DNA of 32,000 bases from Coprobacillaceae bacterium. GTDB taxonomy: Bacteria > Bacillota_I > Bacilli_A > Erysipelotrichales > Coprobacillaceae. The stretch spans positions 630,001 through 662,000 of the forward strand of contig OY780959.1 in the NCBI GenBank assembly GCA_963675915.1, in the 5' to 3' direction. Both the position numbers and the translations under genes were made by a program. Of this stretch, positions 17,872 through 28,221 are shown one piece after another; position 1 is the stretch's first letter, and each line of letters begins with the position of its first letter. Under the pieces are notes generated by a model, which was given only the letters and a program-made list of their open reading frames with translations, had not been told where the DNA came from and made no database searches.

Positions 17872-17916
17872 ACCCTTATAGTTGGTTGACAAAAATCAAC
17901 TATAAGGGTATTTTAT
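17872..17916 (+). terminator. Rho-independent terminator ending the ybeY...hydrolase operon
   Basis: 13-bp perfect stem ACCCTTATAGTTG / CAACTATAAGGGT (17872-17884 / 17897-17909), a 12-nt loop, then ATTTTAT. Confidence 0.8.
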
Positions 17917-17958
17917 ACTGAGAATCATAATATTAATCAGTTTTAAAATAATAACGGC

Positions 17959-17990
17959 AGACTTGGTCAAAACCAAGTCTTTCAGTTTCT
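17959..17990 (+). promoter_or_regulatory. Terminator-like hairpin in the glyQS leader (possible attenuator or 5' stabiliser)
   Basis: AGACTTGGT-caaa-ACCAAGTCT (9-bp stem) followed by TTCAGTTTCT. It ends about 5 nt before the AAAAGGAGAG SD of glyQS. Confidence 0.5.
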
Positions 17991-18005
17991 AAAAGGAGAG
18001 TAAAA

Positions 18006-19379
18006 ATGGGTAGTTTTGATATGGATAAATTAGTGGCACACGCAAAAACTCAAGGGTTCGTGTTCCAAGGTTCGGAGATTTATGATGGATTGGCAAACAC
18101 ATGGGATTATGGTCCTTTGGGGGTTGAGTTGAAAAACAACATCAAGAATGCCTGGTGGAAACGGTTCATTCAGGAATCACCTTACAATGTCGGTCTGGAT
18201 TCGGCAATTTTCATGAATCCGAAAGTTTGGGAAGCTTCAGGACACGTTGATGGATTTTCGGATCCGTTGATTGACTGCAAGTCTTGTAAGACTCGTCACC
18301 GTGCTGACAAACTGATCGAAGCTTTCGATGAGAATGTCCACAGCGAAGGCTGGGAAAACGCTGAAGTAATCAAATACATCAAGGATAACAATATCACTTG
18401 TCCAAACTGCGGTTCTGCCGACTTCACTGATGTCCGTCAGTTCAAATTGATGTTTGAAACTCACATGGGAGTTGTTGAAGATGCCAAAGATGTAGTCTAT
18501 TTGCGTCCGGAAACTGCTCAGGGGATTTTTGTCAACTTCAAAAATATCCAAAGAACTTCCCGCAAGAAAGTACCATTTGGAATCGGTCAGATCGGAAAGT
18601 CTTTTAGAAATGAGATTACACCGGGTAACTTCATTTTCCGTACTCGTGAATTCGAACAGATGGAACTTGAATTCTTCTGTGAACCGGATACCGATCTGGA
18701 ATGGTTCGACTATTGGAAAGCGTACTGTCGCAAATTCCTGTTGGATCTGGGATTGAATGAAGACAACCTGAAATTCAGAGATCATGAAAAAGAGGAATTG
18801 TCATTCTATTCGAAAGCAACTTGCGATGTCGAATTCAACTATCCGTTTGGATGGGGAGAATTATGGGGGATTGCGGACCGTACCGACTATGACCTGGGAC
18901 GTCATCAGGAAGTATCGAAAAAGAATCTTGAATACCTTGATCCAACTACAAATAAGAAATATCTGCCATATGTAATCGAGCCTTCAGTAGGGGTTGACCG
19001 TCTGTTCTTGGCCTTGCTTTGTGACAGTCTTGAAGAAGAGACTCTTGAAGACGGATCAGTCCGTACTTTGATGCGCTTTGATCCTAAAATTGCTCCGGTT
19101 AAAGTTGCCGTGTTGCCACTTACCAAAAAATTGAGTGAAAAAGCCGAAGCCGTTTATGCGACCTTGGCAAAAGAATTCAACTGTGAATTCGATATTACCG
19201 GACAAATCGGGAAAAGATACCGCCGTCAGGATGCAATTGGGACTCCTTATTGCGTAACTGTCGATTTCGACACTCTTGAAGATGGTACCGTGACAGTCCG
19301 TGAACGCGATTCAATGGAACAAATCAGAATGCCGATTGATTCATTGGCTGATTACTTCGCAGATAAAGTTAAATTCTAG
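18006..19379 (+). CDS. glyQS: Glycine--tRNA ligase, single-chain alpha2 type
   Basis: N-terminus [28 protein letters not shown]. Class-II motifs ([32 protein letters not shown]) are present. Length 457 aa. Confidence 0.95.
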   Translation: MGSFDMDKLVAHAKTQGFVFQGSEIYDGLANTWDYGPLGVELKNNIKNAWWKRFIQESPYNVGLDSAIFMNPKVWEASGHVDGFSDPLIDCKSCKTRHRADKLIEAFDENVHSEGWENAEVIKYIKDNNITCPNCGSADFTDVRQFKLMFETHMGVVEDAKDVVYLRPETAQGIFVNFKNIQRTSRKKVPFGIGQIGKSFRNEITPGNFIFRTREFEQMELEFFCEPDTDLEWFDYWKAYCRKFLLDLGLNEDNLKFRDHEKEELSFYSKATCDVEFNYPFGWGELWGIADRTDYDLGRHQEVSKKNLEYLDPTTNKKYLPYVIEPSVGVDRLFLALLCDSLEEETLEDGSVRTLMRFDPKIAPVKVAVLPLTKKLSEKAEAVYATLAKEFNCEFDITGQIGKRYRRQDAIGTPYCVTVDFDTLEDGTVTVRERDSMEQIRMPIDSLADYFADKVKF

Positions 19380-19393
19380 AAAGGCAGGAAGCG

Positions 19394-21160
19394 ATGGCTA
19401 GATTACCAAGAGAGAAAATCCAGGAAATAAGACAATCAGTCGATATTGTGGATGTGATTGGTAATTATATTTCCCTGGAGAGAAGCGGCCGCAATTACAA
19501 AGGTCTTTGTCCTTTCCACGAGGATTCGAATCCTTCCATGTCAGTATCGCCGGAAAAACAGATCTATCATTGCTTTGTCTGCAATGCCGGTGGTAATGTC
19601 TTTGATTTTGTCGTAGAATACAATAAGATTTCGTTTATCGAAGCCGTTAAAATAGTTGCTGATTTGGGGAATGTCGATCTTAGCGGCTACCAATTGGAAT
19701 ATCAGGCTCCCGTTGATGAGCATAAACAGCCCCTCTATCAACTCCAAGACGATGCTTTGAACCTGTATTCCTTTTACCTGTTCACCACTCAGGGTAAACT
19801 GGCAAAGGAATATTTGGCCAAACGCCATCTCGATAATGATGTGATTAATTACTTCAATATCGGATACGCTCCTCATGGCAATGTGCTTACCAAAGCCTTC
19901 AAACAAAATGGGATTGACTATAAAACAATGGTCAAAACCGGCCTTGTAGTTGAAAGCTATGAAGGAAAAGATCTGTTCGAGCATCGGATCATCTTCCCGA
20001 TTCACAACAATTCGGGGCAGGTTGTCGCCTTTTCAGGCCGCCTGTTCGATGACAACCCCAATGCTCCTAAATATATCAACTCGCCCGAAACTGAGATTTT
20101 TATCAAGGGGAATACCCTGTACAACTATCATCGGGCTGTAAAATCGATCCGTCAAAGCGGTTATGTGATTATCTGTGAAGGTTTCATGGATGTCATTGCC
20201 TATTACCGGGCGGGAATCGAAAATGCGGTTGCCTTGATGGGTACGGCGTTCACCAAGAACCATCTTAACGCTATCAAAAGGGTGACAAAAAATGTCTACA
20301 TCTCCCTTGATGGCGACAATGCCGGGAAGCAGGCGACCGTCAAAATCCTCGATGCGATGAAAAATCAGGGCTTCAATATCAAAGTGGTATCTTTGCCTAA
20401 GGGCCAGGATCCCGATGAAATCCTGGAAATCAACGGCAAAGAGGCTTTGGTTTCTTGTGTTGATAATGCCATGGTCGAACCGGAATTCCTGTTTGATTAC
20501 TATTACCGGCATACCAATATGAACAACTATGAAGATAAAAAGGATTTTATCACCAAGATGGTTGCGGTCATTAGCGAGATTGAAAATCAGTTTGACCACG
20601 ACTACTATGTTGAAAAACTGGCTGATATCACCGGAGTTTCCTTGAATATCATCCAAAATCAGCTCAAAAACAATCAGCCAATCGTGCCGGTTGAATATGA
20701 GCCACGAGTAAAACAGTACCGCCCTTTGAGTGTGATTGACAAGTACAGCCAGGCTCAGCAGGGTTTGCTTTATTACATGCTTCAAGACAAGAAATTAGCC
20801 AAGCTGTATGAATTGAAACTGGGTTTCATGGTGGACAAATCATATCAGCTGATTGCGAATTATATTCTTGACTATTATCGAAGCAACGAAAAACTCAATG
20901 TCGCGGATTTTCTGGGATTCGTCGATCAAAAACAGTTCCAGAAAACAATAATTGATATTGCCCAGCTTGATCTTCCCAATATCAACGACGAGGATGCCAT
21001 GGAAGATTATATGGTCCTGGTTAAAGAGAAAATCCAGCTGGAAAAAATAGACTATTTGATAAAATTGATGAATGAAAGTATCGACAATGGTGAGAAACAA
21101 GAACTGGCCATTGAGATATTAAACTTGAAAAAAGAGGTAAAAAATGGCTGCAAAAAGTAA
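19394..21160 (+). CDS. dnaG: DNA primase
   Basis: Zn-ribbon [13 protein letters not shown]...[23 protein letters not shown]...LDGDNAG, and a C-terminal DnaB-interaction region. Confidence 0.95.
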   Translation: MARLPREKIQEIRQSVDIVDVIGNYISLERSGRNYKGLCPFHEDSNPSMSVSPEKQIYHCFVCNAGGNVFDFVVEYNKISFIEAVKIVADLGNVDLSGYQLEYQAPVDEHKQPLYQLQDDALNLYSFYLFTTQGKLAKEYLAKRHLDNDVINYFNIGYAPHGNVLTKAFKQNGIDYKTMVKTGLVVESYEGKDLFEHRIIFPIHNNSGQVVAFSGRLFDDNPNAPKYINSPETEIFIKGNTLYNYHRAVKSIRQSGYVIICEGFMDVIAYYRAGIENAVALMGTAFTKNHLNAIKRVTKNVYISLDGDNAGKQATVKILDAMKNQGFNIKVVSLPKGQDPDEILEINGKEALVSCVDNAMVEPEFLFDYYYRHTNMNNYEDKKDFITKMVAVISEIENQFDHDYYVEKLADITGVSLNIIQNQLKNNQPIVPVEYEPRVKQYRPLSVIDKYSQAQQGLLYYMLQDKKLAKLYELKLGFMVDKSYQLIANYILDYYRSNEKLNVADFLGFVDQKQFQKTIIDIAQLDLPNINDEDAMEDYMVLVKEKIQLEKIDYLIKLMNESIDNGEKQELAIEILNLKKEVKNGCKK

Positions 21161-22382
21161 AAAACCAACTGCTGTTTCGTTTGACGATCTAAAACAGATG
21201 ATTTTGAATGAAGCAAAAGCTGAAGATAATGTGTTATCCCAGGATTCAATCGACAACTATATGTCAAACTATGACTTGTCGGATGAGTTGGCTGATGAAT
21301 TATTGTCTTTCATTTCCGACAATAATATCCAGATTGCTGATGGACTGGACAGTCTTGATGATGATGATGTTGATTTGTCTGACGACAGTGATGACGATGA
21401 TTTCGAACTTGATGATGACCTTGAAGAAGATATTCCGGAACTTGATTTCGAAGGGGACTTCGACCTTTCTACCGGAGATACTTTCAACATGTATTCAAGC
21501 AAGGAAGCTGACGATGAATTCGACAGCACCAAACTTGGTTCGAACGTAAAAATCAACGATCCAGTCAAAATGTACCTTAAAGAAATCGGGCGGGTTGACC
21601 TGCTTAGCCAGGAAGAGGAAGTTGAATTGGCTCAGGCAATCATCGCCGGAAGCGAAGAGGCAAAAAGAAAATTGGCTGCTGCCAATTTGCGTCTGGTGGT
21701 TTCGATTGCCAAACGTTATGTCGGACGCGGGATGCTGTTCTTGGACCTGATCCAGGAAGGAAACATGGGTCTGATCAAAGCGGTTGAGAAATTCGACTAC
21801 ACCAAAGGGTTCAAATTCTCGACTTATGCCACTTGGTGGATCCGCCAGGCAATCACTCGTGCCATCGCCGATCAGGCGCGTACTATCAGAATTCCGGTTC
21901 ATATGGTTGAAACCATCAACAAACTGACTAGAATTCAGCGTCAACTGATCCAGGAGTTGGGCCGTGAGCCGACTGCTGAAGAAATCGCGGAACAAATGCC
22001 GGGAATGACTCCGCAAAAAGTCCGTGAAATCCAAAAGATTTCCCTTGAACCAGTATCATTGGAAACTCCAATCGGGGAAGAAGATGACTCTCATTTGGGC
22101 GATTTCATCGAAGATGAAGGAGCAATGAGTCCCGATGACTATGCTGCCAACGAATTGCTTAAAGATGAGTTGAGCGAAGTGTTGCTGGAACTTACCGATC
22201 GGGAAGAAAAAGTTCTCCGTCTGCGTTTTGGACTGGATGACGGTCGTACCCGTACTTTGGAAGAAGTAGGTAAGGAATTCAACGTAACCCGTGAGAGAAT
22301 CCGTCAAATCGAAGCTAAAGCCTTGAGAAAACTGAAACATCCTTCACGTTCTAAACGTTTAAAAGATTTCTTGGACCACTAA
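21144..22382 (+). CDS. sigA: Primary (housekeeping) sigma-70 factor
   Basis: Regions 2-4 are canonical ([54 protein letters not shown]; [30 protein letters not shown]). There is a 17-nt overlap with dnaG. The N-terminus is highly acidic. Confidence 0.96.
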   Translation: MAAKSKKPTAVSFDDLKQMILNEAKAEDNVLSQDSIDNYMSNYDLSDELADELLSFISDNNIQIADGLDSLDDDDVDLSDDSDDDDFELDDDLEEDIPELDFEGDFDLSTGDTFNMYSSKEADDEFDSTKLGSNVKINDPVKMYLKEIGRVDLLSQEEEVELAQAIIAGSEEAKRKLAAANLRLVVSIAKRYVGRGMLFLDLIQEGNMGLIKAVEKFDYTKGFKFSTYATWWIRQAITRAIADQARTIRIPVHMVETINKLTRIQRQLIQELGREPTAEEIAEQMPGMTPQKVREIQKISLEPVSLETPIGEEDDSHLGDFIEDEGAMSPDDYAANELLKDELSEVLLELTDREEKVLRLRFGLDDGRTRTLEEVGKEFNVTRERIRQIEAKALRKLKHPSRSKRLKDFLDH

Positions 22383-22383
22383 A

Positions 22384-23103
22384 ATGAAACTTTCAAGTAG
22401 ATTACAAACTTTAGCTGATTTGATTGAAAAATATAAAGAAGGCAGCATTCTCGCTGACATCGGAAGTGACCATGCTTATCTGCCTTGTTATTTGATTGAA
22501 AACGATATTGTAGAGTCTTGTTATGCTTGTGATATCAATGCCGGGCCGGTCAAAAGCGCCAAAGAAACAGTCAAAATGAACAATCTTGAAGATCGAATCA
22601 CCGTGTTGATGGGCGATGGCCTGGAACCGGTGGTCGACAAACGGGTTGATATGATTGCAATTGCGGGAATGGGTTCGTATCTGATCACCGATATTCTCAG
22701 GGAAAACAAGAATTTCCTGAGTGGTGTCAAGGTGCTCTTTTTACAACCCAATGCCAATATTGAATATTTGCGCAGTTACCTGTTCGAACATAATTATGTC
22801 ATTGTCGACGAGGCAATTGTCAAAGACGGCGGCCATATTTATGAAATGGTCGTAGCCCGTCTCGATGTTGAAAAAAGTTCCCTGTTCAGGGGTGGCAAAG
22901 ACAAGATGCTCCAGAACATTGAATTCGGACCGGTGCTTTCAAAAGTCCAGTCCCCGCTTTTCATTGAAAAATGGAACCGTCAGCACAGGCTGTACAGTGA
23001 TGTTGTCAAGGGGATCGACAAATCGAATCCCCGTTATGAAGAAATTAAAAACAAAATCAAAATGATCGAGGAGGTTCTCGATGAAAATCTCTACGATAAT
23101 TGA
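22384..23103 (+). CDS. trmK: tRNA (adenine22-N1)-methyltransferase
   Basis: LSSRLQTLADLI...ADIGSDHAYLP SAM-MTase N-terminus plus a coiled-coil C-terminus. It occupies the conserved sigA-trmK-nif3 position. Confidence 0.82.
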   Translation: MKLSSRLQTLADLIEKYKEGSILADIGSDHAYLPCYLIENDIVESCYACDINAGPVKSAKETVKMNNLEDRITVLMGDGLEPVVDKRVDMIAIAGMGSYLITDILRENKNFLSGVKVLFLQPNANIEYLRSYLFEHNYVIVDEAIVKDGGHIYEMVVARLDVEKSSLFRGGKDKMLQNIEFGPVLSKVQSPLFIEKWNRQHRLYSDVVKGIDKSNPRYEEIKNKIKMIEEVLDENLYDN

Positions 23104-23839
23104 TCATCTTGAAAAATACTTTCCCTTTGCCATTCAGGAGCCTTGGGACAAATGCGGACTTCAGATCGGAAGTCTTGAAAAGACAGCCGAAAAGGTCATG
23201 GTCAGCCTCAATTGCGATCTTGCTTCAATCACCAAAGCGATTGAAAATAGATGCAGTCTGCTGATAACCCATCATCCGTTTTTGCTTAACCGGATTGACA
23301 ACTATGATTTGAACAGTCCTTACACCCAGATGCTTTCATTGGCTTTGAAAAACAATCTGACGATTGTCTCGTTCCATACCTGTCTTGACAAGGGGGTGGG
23401 AGAGGAATCGATGAATCATTGGCTGATCAAAAAACTGCCGGTGTCCAATATTACTTCGTACGATGAAACTAAAATCGGTAAAATCGGCGCCCTGGACCGG
23501 GAATATGTTCCTGGAGAATTCGTCGCTCTGGTCAAGGAAGTGTATCAGCTTCCCTTTGTCAAAGTTAATAATCCTAAAACCGACAAGATTGCCACTGTCG
23601 CAATCTGCGGCGGTTCGGCTTTTGATGATGTCTATCGCCTTGCCGGTCAGGTTGACTGTTTCATCTCCGGAGATTCCAAATACCATATTTCCGGTGATGC
23701 GACTGCTGCAGGACTGTTGCTGATTGATGCATCGCACCATCTTGAAGTGGTTATGGAACAGGAAGTTGCACGCTTGCTTGAACCGCTGGAAATCGAAGTG
23801 GTTGTAGCAAACAGCACCGATTACCTCGAAGTGAAATAA
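23081..23839 (+). CDS. Nif3-family (YqfO/YbgI-like) dinuclear-metal protein, short form
   Basis: Motifs EPWDKCGLQIG, LLITHHP, HTCLD and DASHH. It overlaps the trmK end by 23 nt, with a GAGGAGG SD. Confidence 0.85.
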   Translation: MKISTIIDHLEKYFPFAIQEPWDKCGLQIGSLEKTAEKVMVSLNCDLASITKAIENRCSLLITHHPFLLNRIDNYDLNSPYTQMLSLALKNNLTIVSFHTCLDKGVGEESMNHWLIKKLPVSNITSYDETKIGKIGALDREYVPGEFVALVKEVYQLPFVKVNNPKTDKIATVAICGGSAFDDVYRLAGQVDCFISGDSKYHISGDATAAGLLLIDASHHLEVVMEQEVARLLEPLEIEVVVANSTDYLEVK

Positions 23840-23863
23840 AAAAATCCGACCTTTCGGTCAGAT
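23838..23863 (-). terminator. Hairpin terminator between convergent nif3 and ispH (good U-tract only for the ispH transcript)
   Basis: ATCCGACC-tttc-GGTCAGAT (8 bp, 1 mismatch). The A7 run on the + side gives U7 after the hairpin on the - strand transcript. The ispH stop codon sits in the right arm. Confidence 0.55.
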
Positions 23864-24772
23864 TACTGAATTGATATCGATATCCGGTTTTTGATGAGTT
23901 GTCTGATCCCGGGGATCGAACTGCTCAAGATAATTAATGACCTGTTGGGTCAGATAGGTTGGTGTTGAAGCTCCCGAGGTAACGGCACCAACTTTTTTAT
24001 CGGCTAAATCTTCAAGGTCGATATCCCGGACCGTTTCAATCATCCGAACCAGAGCCTTTGACTTTTGACTGGCAATCTGGGCCAGTTTCTTCGAGTTGTT
24101 GGAATTGGGATCTCCGACCACATAGATTATATCGACACTTGGATCGACATTGGAAATTGCTTCTTGCCGGACTTTGGTCGCGTTGCACACTTCGTCGGCG
24201 ATGATCAGTTCCTTGAACATTTTCTTGGCCGCTTCTGAGTAAGTGTAGATATCGTAGATCGACATGGTAGTCTGGTTGGTCAAGACATATTTTTTACTTG
24301 GATCGAGATTATCCATATCCTCAATCGTGGTGACCAGATGCACCCGTATCGGATCGATGGCGACAGCCCCTTCACTTTCAGGGTGGTTTTTCTTGCCGAT
24401 ATAAATTATCTCATAGCCAAGTTCGAGATTTTCCTTGATAAGATCATGAGTCTTGATTACATCAAGACAGGTCGCATCGACAACTGTCAGACCTTTGGCC
24501 TGGGCTTTCTTGATTACATCATGGCTGGTGCCATGGGCTGAGATTATCACAATCCCGCTGTCGACCAAATCGACAAGTTCTTCCCGGCTGGCTCCTTTTT
24601 TGTCCACCGTTTTGATGTTCATGTTTTCAAGAGCTTTGACGACATGTTTGTTGTGGACGATCATCCCCAGGATGGTAACCGGTTCGGAATGGTTTTTATA
24701 TTTTTTTGCAATTTGAATGGCACGGACTACGCCTTTGCAATAGCCGCGCGGTGTAATTGGAATTACTTTCAT
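23858..24772 (-). CDS. ispH: 4-hydroxy-3-methylbut-2-enyl diphosphate reductase
   Basis: N-terminus MKVIPITPRGYCKGV (first cluster Cys). Also SAHG and the conserved TSGASTP motif. I start at the ATG at 24772 (GAGGTG SD 5 nt upstream), not the track's TTG at 24811. Confidence 0.92.
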   Translation of the reverse strand: MKVIPITPRGYCKGVVRAIQIAKKYKNHSEPVTILGMIVHNKHVVKALENMNIKTVDKKGASREELVDLVDSGIVIISAHGTSHDVIKKAQAKGLTVVDATCLDVIKTHDLIKENLELGYEIIYIGKKNHPESEGAVAIDPIRVHLVTTIEDMDNLDPSKKYVLTNQTTMSIYDIYTYSEAAKKMFKELIIADEVCNATKVRQEAISNVDPSVDIIYVVGDPNSNNSKKLAQIASQKSKALVRMIETVRDIDLEDLADKKVGAVTSGASTPTYLTQQVINYLEQFDPRDQTTHQKPDIDINSVI

Positions 24773-24834
24773 TTTTTCACCTCGGTTAATTATATCATGT
24801 CTTATTTTCAAAATAAATTAATTAGTAAAAAAAG

Positions 24835-24863
24835 TTGTAATATTCAAACAAAAATGATATTAT
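24835..24863 (+). promoter_or_regulatory. Candidate sigma-A promoter of cshB-nfo
   Basis: TTGTAA (24835-24840) -N17- TATTAT (24858-24863), with an extended -10 TG at 24855-24856. The AAGGAGG SD lies upstream of the ATG at 24892. Confidence 0.6.
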
Positions 24864-24891
24864 GCTTTAAGCATAAACAAGGAGGTATACT

Positions 24892-26259
24892 ATGGATTTC
24901 AAATATTTTAATTTGAACGAAACCTGCAATAAGGTTATCGAAGAATTGAATTTTAAAGAACCAACCAAAATACAACAAAAAGTCATTCCCTTGGTAAAAA
25001 AGGGCCGTGACATCATCGGAGTATCGCAGACAGGTACGGGTAAGACCCATGCATTCCTGTTGCCAATCATGAACAGCATCGATCCGACCAATGAAACTGT
25101 TCAGGCCGTAATCACTACTCCAACCCGCGAACTGGCGCAACAGATTTACAATCATGCCCGCATGTTTGCCAAATACGATAATAATATCCGGGTTTCATTG
25201 ATCACCGGAGGATCAGACAAACAAAAAGCGGTTAATAAGCTGGCTTCCCAACCTCATGTGGTTATCGGAACTCCAGGGCGAATCAAAGACCTTTCAATCG
25301 ATGAACAGGCCCTGGCGATCACAACTGCCAAAACCCTGGTCATTGATGAAGCGGATATGACGCTTGAATACGGTTATCTTGAAGATATCGATGCAGTGGC
25401 TGGAAAAATGCGTGCTGACCTACAAATGATGGTTTTCTCGGCAACAATTCCCCAAAACCTGCGTCCGTTCTTGAAAAAATACATGGACTCACCGGTTTTG
25501 GTCGAAATCGATGAAAATCTGGTAACTACCAAAAATGTAAAACATATTATCCTGAATACCAAGCATAAAGACCGTTTTAGTCTCCTTGAAGATATCATGA
25601 AAGTTCTTGATCCTTATGTCTGCATCATTTTCTGTAACCGCCGTGATTCCGTTGCTTCGGTTGCCAAAGCCCTTCGTGAAGATGGTTTCAAAGTTGGGGA
25701 AATCCATGGAGATCTCGAACCGCGTGAACGCCGTCAGATGATGCGAAGAATCCAAAACATGGAATTCCAGTATATCGTTGGTACTGATATTGCCGCTCGG
25801 GGAATTGATATCGATGGGGTTTCTCATGTAATCAACCTCGAACTGCCTGATGATCCTGATTTCTACATTCACCGTTCAGGACGTTGCGGAAGGGGTAAAT
25901 ATACCGGTACCTGCATTTCAATGTACGATACAAGTGATGAAGCCAATTTGGCGATTTTGGAGAAAAAAGGTATTGAATTCCAGAATCTTGCTTTCAAAAA
26001 CAATCAGTTCGTTGAACTGGGAGCGCGGTTGAAACGTAAATCCCGGGAAAAACAACAGACTGAACTGGAAAAGAAAGTTCAGGCAATTGTCCGCAAACCG
26101 CAAAAGGTTAAGCCGGGCTATAAAAAGAAACGTAAACGTGCCGTTGAAAAACTGGTCAAAAAAGAAAAACGAAACATTATCCGTCAGGATATCCGTCGCC
26201 AACGTAAAGAGCGTTATAAACAAGCTCAACGTGATAAAAAAGCAGCGGAGGAAGAATAA
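24892..26259 (+). CDS. cshB: DEAD-box ATP-dependent RNA helicase, CshB-like
   Basis: Q-motif/Walker A SQTGTGKTHAF, PTRELA, VIDEADM, SAT, HRSGRCGRG, and a K/R-rich tail containing KVKPGYKKKRK. It is collinear by eye with B. subtilis CshB (YqfR). Confidence 0.88.
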   Translation: MDFKYFNLNETCNKVIEELNFKEPTKIQQKVIPLVKKGRDIIGVSQTGTGKTHAFLLPIMNSIDPTNETVQAVITTPTRELAQQIYNHARMFAKYDNNIRVSLITGGSDKQKAVNKLASQPHVVIGTPGRIKDLSIDEQALAITTAKTLVIDEADMTLEYGYLEDIDAVAGKMRADLQMMVFSATIPQNLRPFLKKYMDSPVLVEIDENLVTTKNVKHIILNTKHKDRFSLLEDIMKVLDPYVCIIFCNRRDSVASVAKALREDGFKVGEIHGDLEPRERRQMMRRIQNMEFQYIVGTDIAARGIDIDGVSHVINLELPDDPDFYIHRSGRCGRGKYTGTCISMYDTSDEANLAILEKKGIEFQNLAFKNNQFVELGARLKRKSREKQQTELEKKVQAIVRKPQKVKPGYKKKRKRAVEKLVKKEKRNIIRQDIRRQRKERYKQAQRDKKAAEEE

Positions 26260-27140
26260 TGATTATCGGTTCCCATGTCAGTCTTAAAGCGCCCAAGATG
26301 TTCTTGGGTTCGGTCGAAGAGGCCTTAAGCTATAACAGTGATACTTTCATGATTTATACCGGAGCCCCGCAAAACACCCGTCGCAAAGAAATCAGCGAAT
26401 TCCGGGTTGAAGAAGCGCTGGAGTTGATGAAAGAAGCGGGGATTGATCTTAAAAATGTGATCGTCCACAGTCCATATATCATCAACCTGGGCAATACCAT
26501 CAAACCGGAAACCTATCAGCTGGCAGTTGATTTCTTGAAAAAAGAAATCCAGCGGTGTCAGCAGATCGGGGTGTCTTATCTGGTGTTGCATCCGGGCAGT
26601 CATGTCAAAGCAGGTGATGAAGCCGGGCTCGACTCGATTGTCGCCGGATTGAATCAGGCGATGAGCGATGATCAGACAGTCACTGTCTGTCTTGAAACAA
26701 TGGCGGGAAAAGGTTCGGAAATGGGCCGCGATCTGGAACAACTCAAATATATCATCGAAAACTGCAAGTACCGCAATCTTCTGGGGGTCTGTCTTGATAC
26801 GTGTCATCTTCATGACAGCGGGGTGGATGTCAGCGATTTTGATGCTTTTCTTGACAACTTCGATCAACAATTGGGGCTGGATTTGATCAAGTGCATCCAT
26901 ATCAATGATTCCAAGAATCCTCAAGGAGCGGCCAAGGACCGCCATGAAAATATCGGTTACGGCTATATTGGGTTTGACAACCTGCTTAAGATTGTCAACA
27001 ATCCCCGTCTGGCTAAGATTCCGATGATTCTCGAAACTCCTTATAATGACAAAAAGGCTCCTTATCAAAAGGAAATTGAAATGCTGCGCAGCGGCAAGTT
27101 CGATGACTGGCTGGAAAACAAGGAAATAATTGTAAAATAA
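26259..27140 (+). CDS. nfo: Endonuclease IV (AP endonuclease)
   Basis: IGSHVS N-terminus, with motifs VLHPGSH, LETMAGKGSE, CLDTCHLHD and IHINDSKN. There is a 1-nt TAATG overlap with cshB. Confidence 0.93.
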   Translation: MIIGSHVSLKAPKMFLGSVEEALSYNSDTFMIYTGAPQNTRRKEISEFRVEEALELMKEAGIDLKNVIVHSPYIINLGNTIKPETYQLAVDFLKKEIQRCQQIGVSYLVLHPGSHVKAGDEAGLDSIVAGLNQAMSDDQTVTVCLETMAGKGSEMGRDLEQLKYIIENCKYRNLLGVCLDTCHLHDSGVDVSDFDAFLDNFDQQLGLDLIKCIHINDSKNPQGAAKDRHENIGYGYIGFDNLLKIVNNPRLAKIPMILETPYNDKKAPYQKEIEMLRSGKFDDWLENKEIIVK

Positions 27141-27172
27141 AAAACAATCAAGTTTAATCTTGATTGTTTTTT
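27139..27172. terminator. Bidirectional terminator shared by convergent nfo and ispG
   Basis: AAAAAACAATCAAG-tttaat-CTTGATTGTTTTTT. A/T runs flank both sides. The ispG stop (27154-27156) lies in the loop and its last 4 codons in the right arm. Confidence 0.8.
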
Positions 27173-28221
27173 ATCATTTCCAGAATTTCTTTTTTCAGTT
27201 CGCTGACGAGATCCTCTTGGGGAATCTTGCGGATAATTTTGCCTTTTTTAAACAACAGGCCTTCATTGACACCGCCGGCGATGCCGATATCGGCTTCGCG
27301 GGCTTCCCCGGGACCGTTGACGGCACATCCCATGATGGCGATAGTGATATTTGATTCCAAATCGGCAATGAAGTTTTCGATTTCTTTGGCAATCGGGATC
27401 AAATCGATTTGAGTCCGACCGCAAGTCGGGCACGAGATCAAAGTCGGTACGCCTTCAATCAGTTGCAACTCCTTCAAAATGGCTTTGGCAACTTTGATTT
27501 CTTCAACCGGATTGTCGGAAAGGGAAACCCGGATGGTGTTACCGATTCCCTGATATAGCAGGGTTCCGATTCCAATTGCGGATTTGATGGTTCCTCCAAA
27601 GGCCGTACCGGCTTCGGTCACTCCCACGTGAAGCGGGCACTTGAAGGTCTGACTGGCCAGTTCGTAAGTCTTGATAGTCAGCAGCGTGTTTGATGATTTA
27701 AGCGAGATGCAGTAATCATAGAAATCCAGTGATTCAAGAATATCGACATGTTTTTGGGCTGATTCGATCATCCCTTCAGGGGTCGGACCACCGTATTTTT
27801 GCAAGATTTCGCGTTCAATCGAACCGCTGTTGACCCCGATGCGAATCGGGATGTTTTTTTCCTGGCATTTGGTGACAACAGCTTTGACATTTTCAATCGA
27901 ACCGATATTGCCCGGATTGATCCGGACCTTGTCGATACCCGATTCAATGGCAATCAAAGCCAGTTTGTAGTCGAAGTGAATGTCGGCCACCATCGGAATG
28001 GTCACCTGGGCTTTGATTTCTTTGATTGCCCGGGCGTCTTGTTCGTTCAAGCAGGCCACCCGGACGATCTGGCATCCGGCTTTTTCCAATTGTTTTATTT
28101 GGGCCACTGTGGCCTCGATGTCGGAAGTTTTGGTGTTGGTCATCGACTGGATGATTACCTGGTCGTTGCCGCCAATTTGGATTCCTCCGACATTAATTGA
28201 TCTGGTTTCATTTCTTTTCAT
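27154..28221 (-). CDS. ispG: 4-hydroxy-3-methylbut-2-en-1-yl diphosphate synthase
   Basis: Motifs [24 protein letters not shown] and HVGVTEAG, with [4Fe-4S] Cys ligands (ISCPTCGRT ... GCAVNGPGE). Confidence 0.94.
   Translation of the reverse strand: MKRNETRSINVGGIQIGGNDQVIIQSMTNTKTSDIEATVAQIKQLEKAGCQIVRVACLNEQDARAIKEIKAQVTIPMVADIHFDYKLALIAIESGIDKVRINPGNIGSIENVKAVVTKCQEKNIPIRIGVNSGSIEREILQKYGGPTPEGMIESAQKHVDILESLDFYDYCISLKSSNTLLTIKTYELASQTFKCPLHVGVTEAGTAFGGTIKSAIGIGTLLYQGIGNTIRVSLSDNPVEEIKVAKAILKELQLIEGVPTLISCPTCGRTQIDLIPIAKEIENFIADLESNITIAIMGCAVNGPGEAREADIGIAGGVNEGLLFKKGKIIRKIPQEDLVSELKKEILEMIKNNQD

Noticed and set aside
17871-18005. Expected glycine T-box riboswitch upstream of glyQS
   Set aside because: The gap is only 135 nt, there is no T-box consensus or specifier-loop architecture, and only two simple hairpins are present (reported as a finding instead).
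19521-19534. Perfect palindrome AGGATTCGAATCCT resembling a tRNA T-arm (GGTTCGAATCC-like)
   Set aside because: It lies in the dnaG zinc-ribbon codons (HEDSNPS). No acceptor or anticodon arms can be built around it.
20033-20785. 250-aa ORF antisense to dnaG
   Set aside because: It lies entirely inside a well-supported, motif-rich CDS on the other strand. Its translation is low-complexity I/F/D/H/N-rich with no recognisable motif, SD or promoter. This is a typical shadow ORF.
24773-24811. Track N-terminal extensions: ispH from TTG at 24811, rpsT from GTG at 30285, ybeY from GTG at 12652
   Set aside because: In each case a downstream ATG has a properly spaced GGAGG/GAGGTG SD, and the resulting N-terminus matches the family's usual start. 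The extensions overlap the SD itself.
24862-24874. Palindrome ATGCTT-T-AAGCAT at the predicted cshB transcription start
   Set aside because: The 6-bp arms with a 1-nt spacer cannot form a stable hairpin. This is a single occurrence in AT-rich DNA with no supporting evidence for an operator.
26325-27068. 247-aa ORF antisense to nfo
   Set aside because: Same reasoning. nfo on the + strand has all Endo IV metal-binding motifs, and the antisense product has no recognisable features.
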